Positions 38,801 through 51,502 of a stretch of 64,000 bases of DNA are shown piece by piece. The translations under genes were made by a program, and so were the position numbers. Each line of letters opens with the position of its first letter. The stretch's first letter is position 1. Below the pieces are notes generated by a model. That model was not told the origin of the DNA. It ran no database searches and worked only from the letters and a program-made list of their open reading frames with translations. The stretch is from Macrostomum lignano. Lineage: Eukaryota. Location of the stretch: positions 16,259-80,258 of the forward strand of contig NIVC01001589.1 of the NCBI GenBank assembly GCA_002269645.1, read 5' to 3'.

Positions 38801-41800
38801 CTACAAGGTAAACACACACAAACTCACTGACTACAAGGTAAACACACACAAACTCACTGACTACAAGGTAAACACACACAAACTCACTGACTACAAGGTA
38901 AACACACACAAACTCACTGACTACAAGGTAAACACACACAAACTCACTGACTACAAGGTAAACACACACAAACTCACTGACTACAAGGTAAACACACACA
39001 AACTCACTGACTACAAGGTAAACACACACAAACTCACTGACTACAAGGTAAACACACACAAACTCACTGACTACAAGGTAAACACACACAAACTCACTGA
39101 CTACAAGGTAAACACACACAAACTCACTGACTACAAGGTAAACACACACAAACTCACTGACTACAAGGTAAACACACACAAACTCACTGACTACAAGGTA
39201 AACACACACAAACTCACTGACTACAAGGTAAACACACACAAACTCACTGACTACAAGGTAAACACACACAAACTCACTGACTACAAGGTAAACACACACA
39301 AACTCACTGACTACAAGGTAAACACACACAAACTCACTGACTACAAGGTAAACACACACAAACTCACTGACTACAAGGTAAACACACACAAACTCACTGA
39401 CTACAAGGTAAACACACACAAACTCACTGACTACAAGGTAAACACACACAAACTCACTGACTACAAGGTAAACACACACAAACTCACTGACTACAAGGTA
39501 AACACACACAAACTCACTGACTACAAGGTAAACACACACAAACTCACTGACTACAAGGTAAACACACACAAACTCACTGACTACAAGGTAAACACACACA
39601 AACTCACTGACTACAAGGTAAACACACACAAACTCACTGACTACAAGGTAAACACACACAAACTCACTGACTACAAGGTAAACACACACAAACTCACTGA
39701 CTACAAGGTAAACACACACAAACTCACTGACTACAAGGTAAACACACACAAACTCACTGACTACAAGGTAAACACACACAAACTCACTGACTACAAGGTA
39801 AACACACACAAACTCACTGACTACAAGGTAAACACACACAAACTCACTGACTACAAGGTAAACACACACAAACTCACTGACTACAAGGTAAACACACACA
39901 AACTCACTGACTACAAGGTAAACACACACAAACTCACTGACTACAAGGTAAACACACACAAACTCACTGACTACAAGGTAAACACACACAAACTCACTGA
40001 CTACAAGGTAAACACACACAAACTCACTGACTACAAGGTAAACACACACAAACTCACTGACTACAAGGTAAACACACACAAACTCACTGACTACAAGGTA
40101 AACACACACAAACTCACTGACTACAAGGTAAACACACACAAACTCACTGACTACAAGGTAAACACACACAAACTCACTGACTACAAGGTAAACACACACA
40201 AACTCACTGACTACAAGGTAAACACACACAAACTCACTGACTACAAGGTAAACACACACAAACTCACTGACTACAAGGTAAACACACACAAACTCACTGA
40301 CTACAAGGTAAACACACACAAACTCACTGACTACAAGGTAAACACACACAAACTCACTGACTACAAGGTAAACACACACAAACTCACTGACTACAAGGTA
40401 AACACACACAAACTCACTGACTACAAGGTAAACACACACAAACTCACTGACTACAAGGTAAACACACACAAACTCACTGACTACAAGGTAAACACACACA
40501 AACTCACTGACTACAAGGTAAACACACACAAACTCACTGACTACAAGGTAAACACACACAAACTCACTGACTACAAGGTAAACACACACAAACTCACTGA
40601 CTACAAGGTAAACACACACAAACTCACTGACTACAAGGTAAACACACACAAACTCACTGACTACAAGGTAAACACACACAAACTCACTGACTACAAGGTA
40701 AACACACACAAACTCACTGACTACAAGGTAAACACACACAAACTCACTGACTACAAGGTAAACACACACAAACTCACTGACTACAAGGTAAACACACACA
40801 AACTCACTGACTACAAGGTAAACACACACAAACTCACTGACTACAAGGTAAACACACACAAACTCACTGACTACAAGGTAAACACACACAAACTCACTGA
40901 CTACAAGGTAAACACACACAAACTCACTGACTACAAGGTAAACACACACAAACTCACTGACTACAAGGTAAACACACACAAACTCACTGACTACAAGGTA
41001 AACACACACAAACTCACTGACTACAAGGTAAACACACACAAACTCACTGACTACAAGGTAAACACACACAAACTCACTGACTACAAGGTAAACACACACA
41101 AACTCACTGACTACAAGGTAAACACACACAAACTCACTGACTACAAGGTAAACACACACAAACTCACTGACTACAAGGTAAACACACACAAACTCACTGA
41201 CTACAAGGTAAACACACACAAACTCACTGACTACAAGGTAAACACACACAAACTCACTGACTACAAGGTAAACACACACAAACTCACTGACTACAAGGTA
41301 AAACACACACAAACTCACTGACTACAAGGTAAACACACACAAACTCACTGACTACAAGGTAAACACACACAAACTCACTGACTACAAGGTAAACACACAC
41401 AAACTCACTGACTACAAGGTAAACACACACAAACTCACTGACTACAAGGTAAACACACACAAACTCACTGACTACAAGGTAAACACACACAAACTCACTG
41501 ACTACAAGGTAAACACACACAAACTCACTGACTACAAGGTAAACACACACAAACTCACTGACTACAAGGTAAACACACACAAACTCACTGACTACAAGGT
41601 AAACACACACAAACTCACTGACTACAAGGTAAACACACACAAACTCACTGACTACAAGGTAAACACACACAAACTCACTGACTACAAGGTAAACACACAC
41701 AAACTCACTGACTACAAGGTAAACACACACAAACTCACTGACTACAAGGTAAACACACACAAACTCACTGACTACAAGGTAAACACACACAAACTCACTG

Positions 41801-43306
41801 ACTACAAGGTAAACACACACAAACTCACTGACTACAAGGTAAACACACACAAACTCACTGACTACAAGGTAAACACACACAAACTCACTGACTACAAGGT
41901 AAAACACACAAACTCACTGACTACAAGGTAAAACACACACAAACTCACTGACTACAAGGTAAACACACACAAACTCACTGACTACAAGGTAAACACATAC
42001 AAACTCACTGACTACAAGGTAAACACACACAAACTCACTGACTACAAGGTAAAACACACACAAACTCACTGACTACAAGGTAAACACACACAAACTCACT
42101 GACTACAAGGTAAACGCACACAAACTCACTGACTACAAGGTAAACACACACAAACTCACTGACTACAAGGTAAACGCACACAAACTCACTGACTACAAGG
42201 TAAACACACACAAACTCACTGACTACAAGGTAAACGCACACAAACTCACTGACTACAAGGTAAACACACACAAACTCACTGACTACAAGGTAAAACACAC
42301 ACAAACTCACTGACTACAAGGTAAACGCACACAAACTCACTGACTACAAGGTAAAACACACACAAACTCACTGACTACAAGGTAAACGCACACAAACTCA
42401 CTGACTACAAGGTAAACACACACAAACTCACTGACTACAAGGTAAACACACACAAACTCACTGACTACAAGGTAAAACACACACAAACTCACTGACTACA
42501 AGTTAAACACACACAAACTCACTGACTACAAGGTAAAACACACACAAACTCACTGACTACAAGGTAAACACACACAAACTCACTGACTACAAGGTAAACA
42601 CACACAAACTCACTGACTACAAGGTAAACACACACAAACTCACTGACTACAAGGTAAACACACACAAACTCACTGACTACAAGCTAAAACACACACAAAC
42701 TCACTGACTACAAGGTAAACACACACAAACTCACTGACTACAAGGTAAACACACACAAACTCACTGACTACAAGGTAAACACACACAAACTCACTGACTA
42801 CAAGGTAAACACACACAAACTCACTGACTACAAGGTAAAACACACACAAACTCACTGACTACAAGGTAAAGCGCACACAAACTCACTGACTACAAGGTAA
42901 ACACACACAAACTCACTGACTACAAGTAAAACACACACAAACTCACTGACTACAAGGTAAACACACACAAACTCACTGACTACAAGGTAAACACACACAA
43001 ACTCACTGACTACAAGGTAAACACACACAAACTCACTGACTACAAGCTAAAACACACACAAACTCACTGACTACAAGGTAAACACACACAAACTCACTGA
43101 CTACAAGGTAAACACACACAAACTCACTGACTACAAGGTAAAACACACAAACTCACTGACTACAAGGTAAAACACACACAAACTCACTGACTACAAGGTA
43201 AAACACACACAAACTCACTGACTACAAGGTAAACACACACAAACTCATTGACTACAAGGTAAACACACACAAACTCACTGACTACAAGGTAAAACACACA
43301 CAAACG
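29900..43306 (+). repeat. 30-bp satellite array, ~13 kb (>400 units), with degenerate edges
   Basis: Unit AACTCACTGACTACAAGGTAAACACACACA; apparently invariant from ~30860 to ~41290. Confidence 0.98.
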
Positions 43307-44064
43307 CATTGCCACGTCAGGTGGACGCGATTTACTATTCCAATAGCTTCTACCAATGTTCCTTCGTCTGCCGATCATCTGGTTCTACCAGACCTCCATG
43401 ACCATAAGCTGGAACCGTCTCAGAAAGCAGCTGTTTTCCTATCCGAACTCCTCCGGCATCTGTCGAGCGGAGACTCGGAACTTACGGTTACCGAGCTCGT
43501 GAGGAATAGAGAGGGGAGGAGGAGGAGGAAATGCGAGATGATTAGAGAGAGAAATGGAAATAAGAGGGGAGAGGAGAGACGAGAGCTGAGAAGAGACACA
43601 AACCCTGCGAGCGGGCCGGATTGCTATTGTGAAGGTTCAGAGGACCCGATGGCCGAATAGAGAGGCTTCGAGGGTCGGAGTTGGCCAATCCCTGGCTCCC
43701 TTCTCAGCTGTGAAAGGCTTTACATAGCGGAGGGTTAACATGGCTGCAATTGTCTATGACCAGACCTATTTTAGGTGCTATTTTTAGAACTCCATGGCCG
43801 TCGTGAACCAGGGACTTTTAGAAATAGCACCGCTGGACTGGAAGCCAGAATAAAGCTGGGGAGCAGAGCAGATCAGAACAAGTGAGGGGTGATTTTTAAC
43901 TGGCAGCAGGCTAGCGCATTCCACTGGATTGTTAAAATTATTTGCTTACTTGTAGTTTGAGTTGAATGTCGCGTTTAAAATGGAGCGTAAAATGGTGAGG
44001 CATGCAATCCTGTGGGCTGCATGGCGATCACGCACCAGCGGGTATTGATTTATCCTTTTTGATA

Positions 44065-44122
44065 CCCTTTCCTAGAAGGGGTTTCAAAAAAACAGGAAAA
44101 AATCCTTTCCACAGAAATCTTT
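44065..44122 (-). ncRNA. U5 snRNA 3' half, variant C (degenerate)
   Basis: Minus strand AAAGATTTCTGTGGAAAGG...GTTTTTTTG (Sm-like)...CCCCTTCTAGGAAAGGG hairpin. Confidence 0.65.
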
Positions 44123-44345
44123 GTTGTTAAAACGAGGTGCCGTAAAACTCGGCGCGGATCAGTTTCGAAGAACTCTGCCGCATTACATTTTTATTAAAAG
44201 GTGAATTTACAGGTGAATTCGATTCAGATATTAACGTATATTGTAGTAAAATTTTAATGAATCCGAAAAACTATTTTTAAATATTTGGCATTTTTCGTCG
44301 CCAAAAAAGAAGCGAGGCGAAAAATCCCTCACAGAGAAGGGATCC
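44123..44345 (-). mobile_element. Diverged 3'-end fragment of the same LINE family, joined to a U5 3' half at the same position
   Basis: GTTGTTAAAACGAGGTGCCG...GAAGAACTCTGCCGCA and downstream blocks (AAAACTATTTTT, AATCCC.CAC..AGAAGGGATC) align with the 3' UTR of the full copies, with many substitutions. Confidence 0.8.
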
Positions 44346-44392
44346 TCTGTGTACAAGAAATTGTGGAGTAATTACTTTTGATTTCATTAGTA

Positions 44393-44460
44393 CCCCTTCT
44401 TGGAAGGGGTTTCACAAATCAGGGAACACTCATTGAATGTTCCTCTCCACGGAAATCTTT
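44393..44460 (-). ncRNA. U5 snRNA 3' half, variant B
   Basis: Minus strand AAAGATTTCCGTGGAGAGGAACA (as in metazoan U5), GAACA/TGTTC stem, Sm-like GATTTGTG, CCCCTTC-CAA-GAAGGGG terminal hairpin. Confidence 0.85.
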
Positions 44461-45052
44461 GTTAAAACGAGGTGCCGTCGAAACCGGCGCGGGTCAGTTC
44501 CGAAGAACTCTGCCGCAGTTATATTTTGTATTTGATCGAAAGAATTAAAAATATTTACAAGATTTCGATTTGAATATTTATACGAATATTGAAATTAAAA
44601 ATATACATATATAAAACTTTTTTTCAATATTTTGCAGTATTTTGCACGCATTTGGGGATAAAAAAGAGGGGAGGGGAATCCCACACAAAGAAGGGATCTA
44701 ATAAAAACAGGACATCTAAAAAATACGTGCTGATATTTGAAGGCCTATTGAGAGTAAAAGCAAGACATTTAAGTAAAAAATAGAGATTAAAAATGCAATA
44801 GCGCATATTTGAATTTAGTTGTAAAAATAGAATGAATATAGTAAAGGTGTAAAAAAGCAATTAGTGATATTTGTAGAGCAGTTGGGTAAAAAACACAGTT
44901 GGGAAAATTGTAAAAAGAAACGCGAGGAGACATAGAGATTACCTAATCAGTCCTAATGACTGATCAACCGATCTCTGTCTCAGGCAGCAAGTTTAGTTTT
45001 ATTAGTTGCGTTTCAGAGCGTGGTCACTTCCGGTTTGGAGGCTGGTGCCAGC

Positions 45053-47826
45053 CTACCCTGGGTGGGATTCCCCTGTTTCTTTCCCGACGCCTCATGGCAT
45101 CCCAGAGGACATTGAGGACGGGGTTCGGCCCGGAGCCCGAGGGGCTTCCGGCTCAATGTGGAAGCTGTGGAGCTTGGCTGCCCTCATCTTGAGCAGCCAA
45201 GCCACCCCCAGCTGCTTGACCCTGTCTGCGAGCATCGGCATACCTGCCAGCTTGTGCAGGTATTCAATGCTGATGTAGGATGGCACACCATAGCAGATAC
45301 GGAGAGCCAGGTTTTGATTTTCTGCAATTTGATTTGGTTAGTCGCACAATTTGGCTCAGGATTGGCGCTCCGTAGGTGAGAGCGCTTTCTCCGTATGCCC
45401 TGTACAGCATTCTGAGGGTGGTGCTACTCAGCTTAGTCATTTTTGCAATTCTGCACAGTGACATTACAATGGCTCTGCTGGTATCTGCCATGTTGTCCAC
45501 ATGTTTGTTCAGGCAGAGGCTCTGGTCAAGGAGGACACCCAGGAATTTCACCTCCTGACAGTACGGAACCTCAGTGTCCCCCAGATACAGTTTGGGTCGC
45601 AAGTCCATGCGCCTAGTGGGTTTGTAGTTGAAAGCGATTGCTTTGCTTTTACCGGCATTCAGTCTAATGCCTTGTTTACCGCACCAGTCAAAGACTCGTC
45701 TGAGGTAGCTTTGAAGGGATGTTCGGAGCCCCGCAAAGGTGTCTGCTGAGGCCCAGACGGCCATGTCGTCTGCGAATTGACTGCGTTTGACGCTTGAGAT
45801 GGTGGGAGTCGGCATTGAGCTGACGAAGAGGAGTACAGGAGAGGACTCAGAATGCCTCCCTGAGGGACGCCAGCCTGGATGGTGTGGGGATCGCTTAGGG
45901 CCCCCTCGATTCGAACCTGGATCTGTCTGTCTCGCAGGTAGTCAGACAGGATTCGCATGAGCATAGGTGGAAAACCATCGGTGAGCATGCTATGCCTGAT
46001 CTTGTCGTGCCAGGTGGAGTCAAAAGCTGCCTCTGCATCCAGGAAGACTGCAGCGGACTTTTTAGCTTTGCACTTTGCTACCATGACATCTTGTGCCAGA
46101 CGGCACAGGTTGTCATACGTGGAGTGAATTTTGCGGTAGGCGCATTGGTCATCTCCTAGGGTCTTATTATCCTCAAGGTGCTTGGTGAGTCTTTTTGCTA
46201 TAAGCTTCTCAAACACTTTGCCCAGACATGAGGTCAGGCTGATTGGTCTGTAGGAGTTGGGGTGTTCGGGCGGTTTGTCCGGCTTGGGGATCATTGTCAC
46301 CACAGCTTTCTTCCAGGCGCTGGGGAAAATCCCTCGACCGTAGCAGGCGTTGAAGAGGTTAGTGAGTCTCGTGATTGCCACCCCCTCTAAGCCCAGCTTG
46401 AGGACGCAGTTGGGAATCTTGTCCAGCCCGGGTGCTCCATCAGGCCTGAGGTGCTCCAGTTCCCACACTGTGTCTGCCACAGAGAATGCAGCATCAAGTG
46501 GGTGGGTCTCAATGGGTTCGATTCCCTCAGGAACGGGGTAGAATGAGGTGAGCTGTGCCACATCGGCCACCTCACGTTTGAGCTGTTCGCATGTGGAAGG
46601 GACTGGGCGCATCTTTGAGTCCAGAGTCTCGGCTAGAAGGTTAGCCTTCTCCAGATCTGTGTGCGCAGTTGTTTGACCCAGGGTGAGGCTGGGGATCGAG
46701 GTTGGCTTAAATTTGCCCATCAGCTTTTTAGTGTCATGCCAGAAATTCTTCACTTTCTTGTTCTTGCTGTTTTCAACAATACTCTCACAGACTTTGGTGA
46801 GCTTTCCATTCTGGAAGGAGTTAATTTCTCTCTTTATGCGATTTGCGAGCTGGTTTGCTTGGGTTTTGAAATTTTGATCCCGTGTGCTGAAGAAGAGGCG
46901 TCTGAGTCGTCTGCGCTCTTTGATCAGGTCGAGGATGTACTTGGGTAGGGCGTTTTTGGCACCACAGTCTGGTACTGTGGAGTCAATCACGGTGTGAATG
47001 GCCTTTGTGATGTGATCCACTTCGGCATTGATTTGGTCAGCATTTGATAATTTAATATTCTGATCTGAGCTCAAAGCTTCACTGATTTTGAGTCTGAACT
47101 CGTCCCAGTTTGTTTTTGAGAAGTTTTTGGGTCTGGGGGGACCAGCCCATTTCTTCGACTGAATATTGAGCGTGAGGATTATGGGTAAGTGGTCACTGCC
47201 CAGGTCAGGACCCACCTCAAAGTCCTGCACAAATGGGAGAAAGTCCTCAGTGGCCAGGGCGAGGTCCAAGACATTCCTAGAAATCAGCCCGTTTTTGGTG
47301 GCCAGTCTGGTGAACTGACCGGCTTGATTGAGAATGGTGGCGAGGTGGGGCCCTCAGACAGCCAGTCGTGCAGCTGGTAGCCAGCCATGTTGTTGCTGCT
47401 GTCACCCCCGAGGAAGCGGTGTCTGGCATTGAGGTCACCCATGAGCACACTGCGCCTACGGGAGAGAAGATTTTTGAGTAGGTTCAGGTTCAGATGATAC
47501 GGTGCTGGAGACCTGTACACCAGAGCAAGATTGAAGTCAGGACCAGAGTTGTCAGACAAGCTCACGGTGCAAGAGATGGCTTCATGGTTGACATTGTCAT
47601 ACTGCAAGCGCACATTTGTGAGTTTGACGCGAGGAGAGTGGGCAAGGAGAAGCCCGCGTTTGACTTGCGGGGTATCATACCGAATGATGGAGTACCCGGG
47701 AATCTGGACAGTGTGACAACTTTTGAGAATGGTCTCAGAGAAGAGGGCAATGTCTAGCTCCTGACTGACGACCCACTGTGTCAGCTCTCTGATTTTCGGG
47801 TTGAATCCCCTGCAGTTTAAATGCAT
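45053..47826 (-). pseudogene. ORF2 (APE endonuclease + RT), copy 1, several frameshifts
   Basis: MHLNCRG, FSET, YRSP, GDLNARH, GSDHLP; YRPISLTSCLGK, FLDAEAAFD, GVPQG, QFADD. Confidence 0.9.
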
Positions 47827-47912
47827 AATCTTCAGGGCTGTGGTTTGATTGTTTGAGTCTACAGTTAACGCACTGAAGTTTCAATTCAAGTCTTGAGTTT
47901 AGCTGCCTGAGA

Positions 47913-50616
47913 CTAGGACTCAGTGGTCATGCCAGCCATGCCCGGCACTTCCTGGAGTGCAGCCCGCACAATGTCCTCAACCATTTTACTGGTTGATTCC
48001 ACAGTGAGGACCTCCCCAGGCGGTCGGGACAGGGCCTGCACAACCACTTGAGTCAGAGAGCGGGTGATCAGGGGCAACAGCATGCTCACCACCGACATAA
48101 AGTCACTAAGCTGCAGCTGCACCGCCTGGCCGGCATCAGCTGACGGAGCAGTCGCATTGACATCAGACTCGGTCTCTGCCGCCGGAGCGCTCCTGGCATC
48201 ATCGGTCACGATGACAAGCGGCCGGATCGCGGCGGGTACCGGCACCGTGCGCCTGCCTCGGCGGATCAGCCAGCCGCTGTCGGAGTCGTCGTCGGCGGCG
48301 GCGTCGTCGGTCTCACTTGACACTGGGGCAGCAGCGGCCGCAGCTTCCGCAGCTCGCGCCGCGGCTTTGGCCTCAGCAGCCGCTCTGGTCGCCTTGTCGT
48401 GCTCCGCCTTGGCGACGGTGCAGGCTCGACTGGTGGTTCGGTGCGAGCCGCCGCAGTTGGCGCAGACCGCTGGGCCCTCGTGCTGGCACTCCTTCCAGGA
48501 ATGCTGGCCGCCGCAAATCCGGCAGCGCTGCTGCCCCCGACACTGGCAGCGCGGTGGCCGAACTCCTGGCAGCGCTGGCATTGCAGAGCGCGGACCGGCT
48601 CGTCTGTGCGGCTGTCCTCGCAGTTGAACTTCAAGAAGTCGGTGCAGATGCCATCGCGGAGGCACTTCTCGTAGGTCATCGCCGACTTTGTGAAGATGCG
48701 CACGAACTGGGTTGCCTTCCCAGTCGCTCTGGCTCGGATTCTGTGGACGCTGACAATGTCCAGCTTGAGCGTGTCGCGCAACAGGGTCGCGAAGTCAGCC
48801 TCCGAGAATGCGAGGGGCACCTCAGTAGCGACGAAGGTGCGTACCGGCTGCTGCTGCACTCTGTCGGGCCCTGTTCTGTTGTCCAGCGGTCGGGCTCGGG
48901 CTGGACGGCGCTTTACGGGATGCTCGAGCAGCTTCTCCTCGCGCAGCGCGCCGCCCAGGAAGACGTTGTAGTCCCGCTCCGACGCTGGGAACACGAGATA
49001 GGCCGGCTGATTCGCCATCGGCGCAGTGTTGACGGCTCTAGCTTCGCCGGCAAAGTTGGTCTGCAGCCAGGCAACGAACTGCATCAGCTTGTTGGCCGCG
49101 TCCCGGTGCACCTCAAAAACGATCGGCGGGATGGCAGCCTGGGGCCTTCTGGGCGGCGCAGGGCGCGCCGCAACCTGCGCGTAGGGCCGCGCTGCCGCAG
49201 CCGCCTGCGCGCTTGTCGCCGAAGCCGCCGCCGCACCGGCCGGCCAGGAAGCCGCCGAAGCCGCCGCCGCACCGGACGCCGCGCCGCGACCTCCTCGCCT
49301 GCCTCGCTGGTGGCCGCCACGGCCGCGCCGACCCCGATCGCCTTCGCGGTCTCGCGTCGCCGTCGCCTGCCGCTCCTGGGGCCTGTCGTCGCCCCGGCCG
49401 CCCTGGTCGTCGTCGTGGCCGCCTTGGTCGTCGTCCCGACCGCCTTGGTCGTCGCCGAATGGGCCGCCGTTTAGCGGCTGGCTGTAGGTCGGGTCATCCG
49501 GCAGAGCTCGCTTGCGCCGCAGCTCCGGCTTGGTGACACGGAATGTTAGCGAGATGCGGACGCCATTCTGAGAGTGGGCGGCGGGCACCTGGTGCTGCAG
49601 GCGTTTCTGGCAGTTTCCTGCCATCAGAATCAGCGAGCCTGGCAGCGTTGGAAAGCGGTGCGTCACGTTGCCGTCCCGACGGCGCAGCATGAACAGCCGC
49701 TCAGCGCCGAAGGACACGGTCGCGATCGTCGGCCTGTCGCCGAGCTCATCCTCATCGTCCGAGTGCCAGGGAATCCGGTCTCCCGGCTCGGTGTAGAAGT
49801 TCACCAACACGGAGTTGAACTTCGGGACATCGAACTGGGTATCATGGTAAATGAAGTCACGAATGTCTTCAATTACCTGATGCCAGTCTAGATTTTCCTT
49901 CAGCTCAACCCCGCTGTAGGTGTACGACGGGCCGATCCAGTAGACGCGGCGCTGCTCACTCGGACGATGCTGAAAGGCTTGAGGCAGCAGGTCGGTGATC
50001 AGGCGCTCGTAGACTTGGTCCGCGACCTCGCTCAGGAACTTGGGCGCATAGATGATGGTGCTGTCGCTGGCGTAGATCGTCTGCTGACAGTCAGTCAAGT
50101 CAGGCTCATCAGGGAAGATGATTTGACTGATGTCAGCGTCCAGTTGCTCGGCAGGGGCTTTGGCAGCGTCGAGGCCTGGTCTGCAGCCGATTGCTGGCGC
50201 TCCTCAGACGTCGGCGCTGCCGCTGCCGCACTGAGCTCGCTGGACTCGGCAGTTGGTGGCTCGGTGGTTGCTGCGGCCTCGTTGGATGGCAGGGCGCTTG
50301 TCTGGCCTGGCTCGTCGCAGTCGAGAGACATGCGCTGCTCTGCCTCTGCGCCTGCAGCCTCCGGCAGCTGCTCATTCTCTCGCAGGATCTCCTCTGCGTT
50401 GCGCAAGAGCTCGCCGGCCGGTGGGCTGATCGAGTGGCGGCCTTCCAGACTGCGTCGAGCTCGCATCTGGCCTGCTGGCGGCGGGCTCGCAGTCAATGGC
50501 TCAGCTGTCGGCGTCAGTCCAAGAAGCTGGCGACCGTAGGCTTCGTTCGGACGATACCGGTGCTCGAGAGAGGGCCGGCAGTCCATCTTTTTAGCGCTGG
50601 CGCGATTTGCAGCCAT
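47913..50616 (-). pseudogene. ORF1 (AlkB domain 49535-50065 + gag-like region + 3 CCHC knuckles), copy 1, frameshifts near 50155 and 48545
   Basis: YTYSG, NFY, HSD, HQVP, RISLTFR; knuckles CQRCQEFGH, CRICGGQHSWKEC, CANCGGSHRTTSRAC. Confidence 0.88.
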
Positions 50617-50834
50617 ATGGCGTGATTATTTGGGTGCACTCACACTAAACTAAACTAGACAACTACTAATGAGTCAGGAGGCACACAAAGTGCGCTCGCT
50701 GAGAGGGGTGGGGCGACTGCAAGATAAGACTAGGGGTGGGGTAGAGATAAAAACAAATGTACAGTGGAATGGAAGGCTAACTAAAGTACTTTAAGAGCTA
50801 AGCTAGGCTAGTCTAAACTATTCTATTTCTAATA

Positions 50835-50902
50835 AGCCTTTCTAGGAAAGGCCTGCAAAAACTAGAGAATTCTCCTAAGAGTATCCCTCCACGGAAATCT
50901 TT
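50835..50902 (-). ncRNA. U5 snRNA 3' half, variant A, carried at the 5' end of copy 1
   Basis: AAAGATTTCCGTGGAGGGATAC...AGTTTTTG (Sm)...GCCTTTCCTAGAAAGGC; near-identical to 63740-63806. Confidence 0.85.
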
Positions 50903-51502
50903 GTTGTTAAAACGAGGTGCCGTCGAAACCGGCGCGGGTCAGTTCCGAAGAACTCTGCCGCAGTTATATTTTGTATTTGATCGAAAGAATTAAAAATATT
51001 TACAAGATTTCGATTTGAATATTTAATACGAATATTGAAATTAAAAATATACATATATAAAACTATTTTTCAATATTTTGCAGTATTTTGCACGCATTTG
51101 GGGATAAAAAAGAGGGGAGGGAAATCCCACACAAAGAAGGGATCTAATAAAAACAGGACATCTAAAAAATACGTGCTGATATTTGAAGGCCTATTGAGAG
51201 TAAAAGCAAGACATTTAAGTAAAAAAAATAGAGATTAAAAATGCAATAGCGCATATTTGAATTTAGTTGTAAAAATAGAATGAATATAGTAAAGGTGTAA
51301 AAAAGCAATTAGTGATATTTGTAGAGCAGTTGGGTAAAAAACACAGTTGGGAAAATTGTAAAAAGAAACGCGAGGAGACATAGAGATTACCTAATCAGTC
51401 CTAATGACTGATCAACCGATCTCTGTCTCAGGCAGCAAGTTTAGTTTTATTAGTTGCGTTTCAGAGCGTGGTCACTTCCGGTTTGGAAGGCTGGTAGCCA
51501 GC

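Larger units (their letters stand above)
44461..50902 (-). mobile_element. U5-targeting APE-RT non-LTR retrotransposon with AlkB-containing ORF1, copy 1
   Basis: Carried U5 3' half (50835-50902), ~220-bp leader, ORF1, ORF2, ~590-bp 3' UTR; 3' end abuts AAAGATTTCCGTGG. Confidence 0.93.

Noticed and set aside
30466-43378. 3488-aa and related ORFs of (VCVYLVVSEF)n
   Set aside because: By-product of a stop-free 30-bp satellite frame; no start context or unique domain.
50860-50965. Twister, hammerhead or HDV ribozyme at the junction (GTGGAGGG motif, hairpins)
   Set aside because: The required core elements (CUGAUGA; UAA-CAC and the L4 partner) are missing, and GTGGAGGG is explained by U5.
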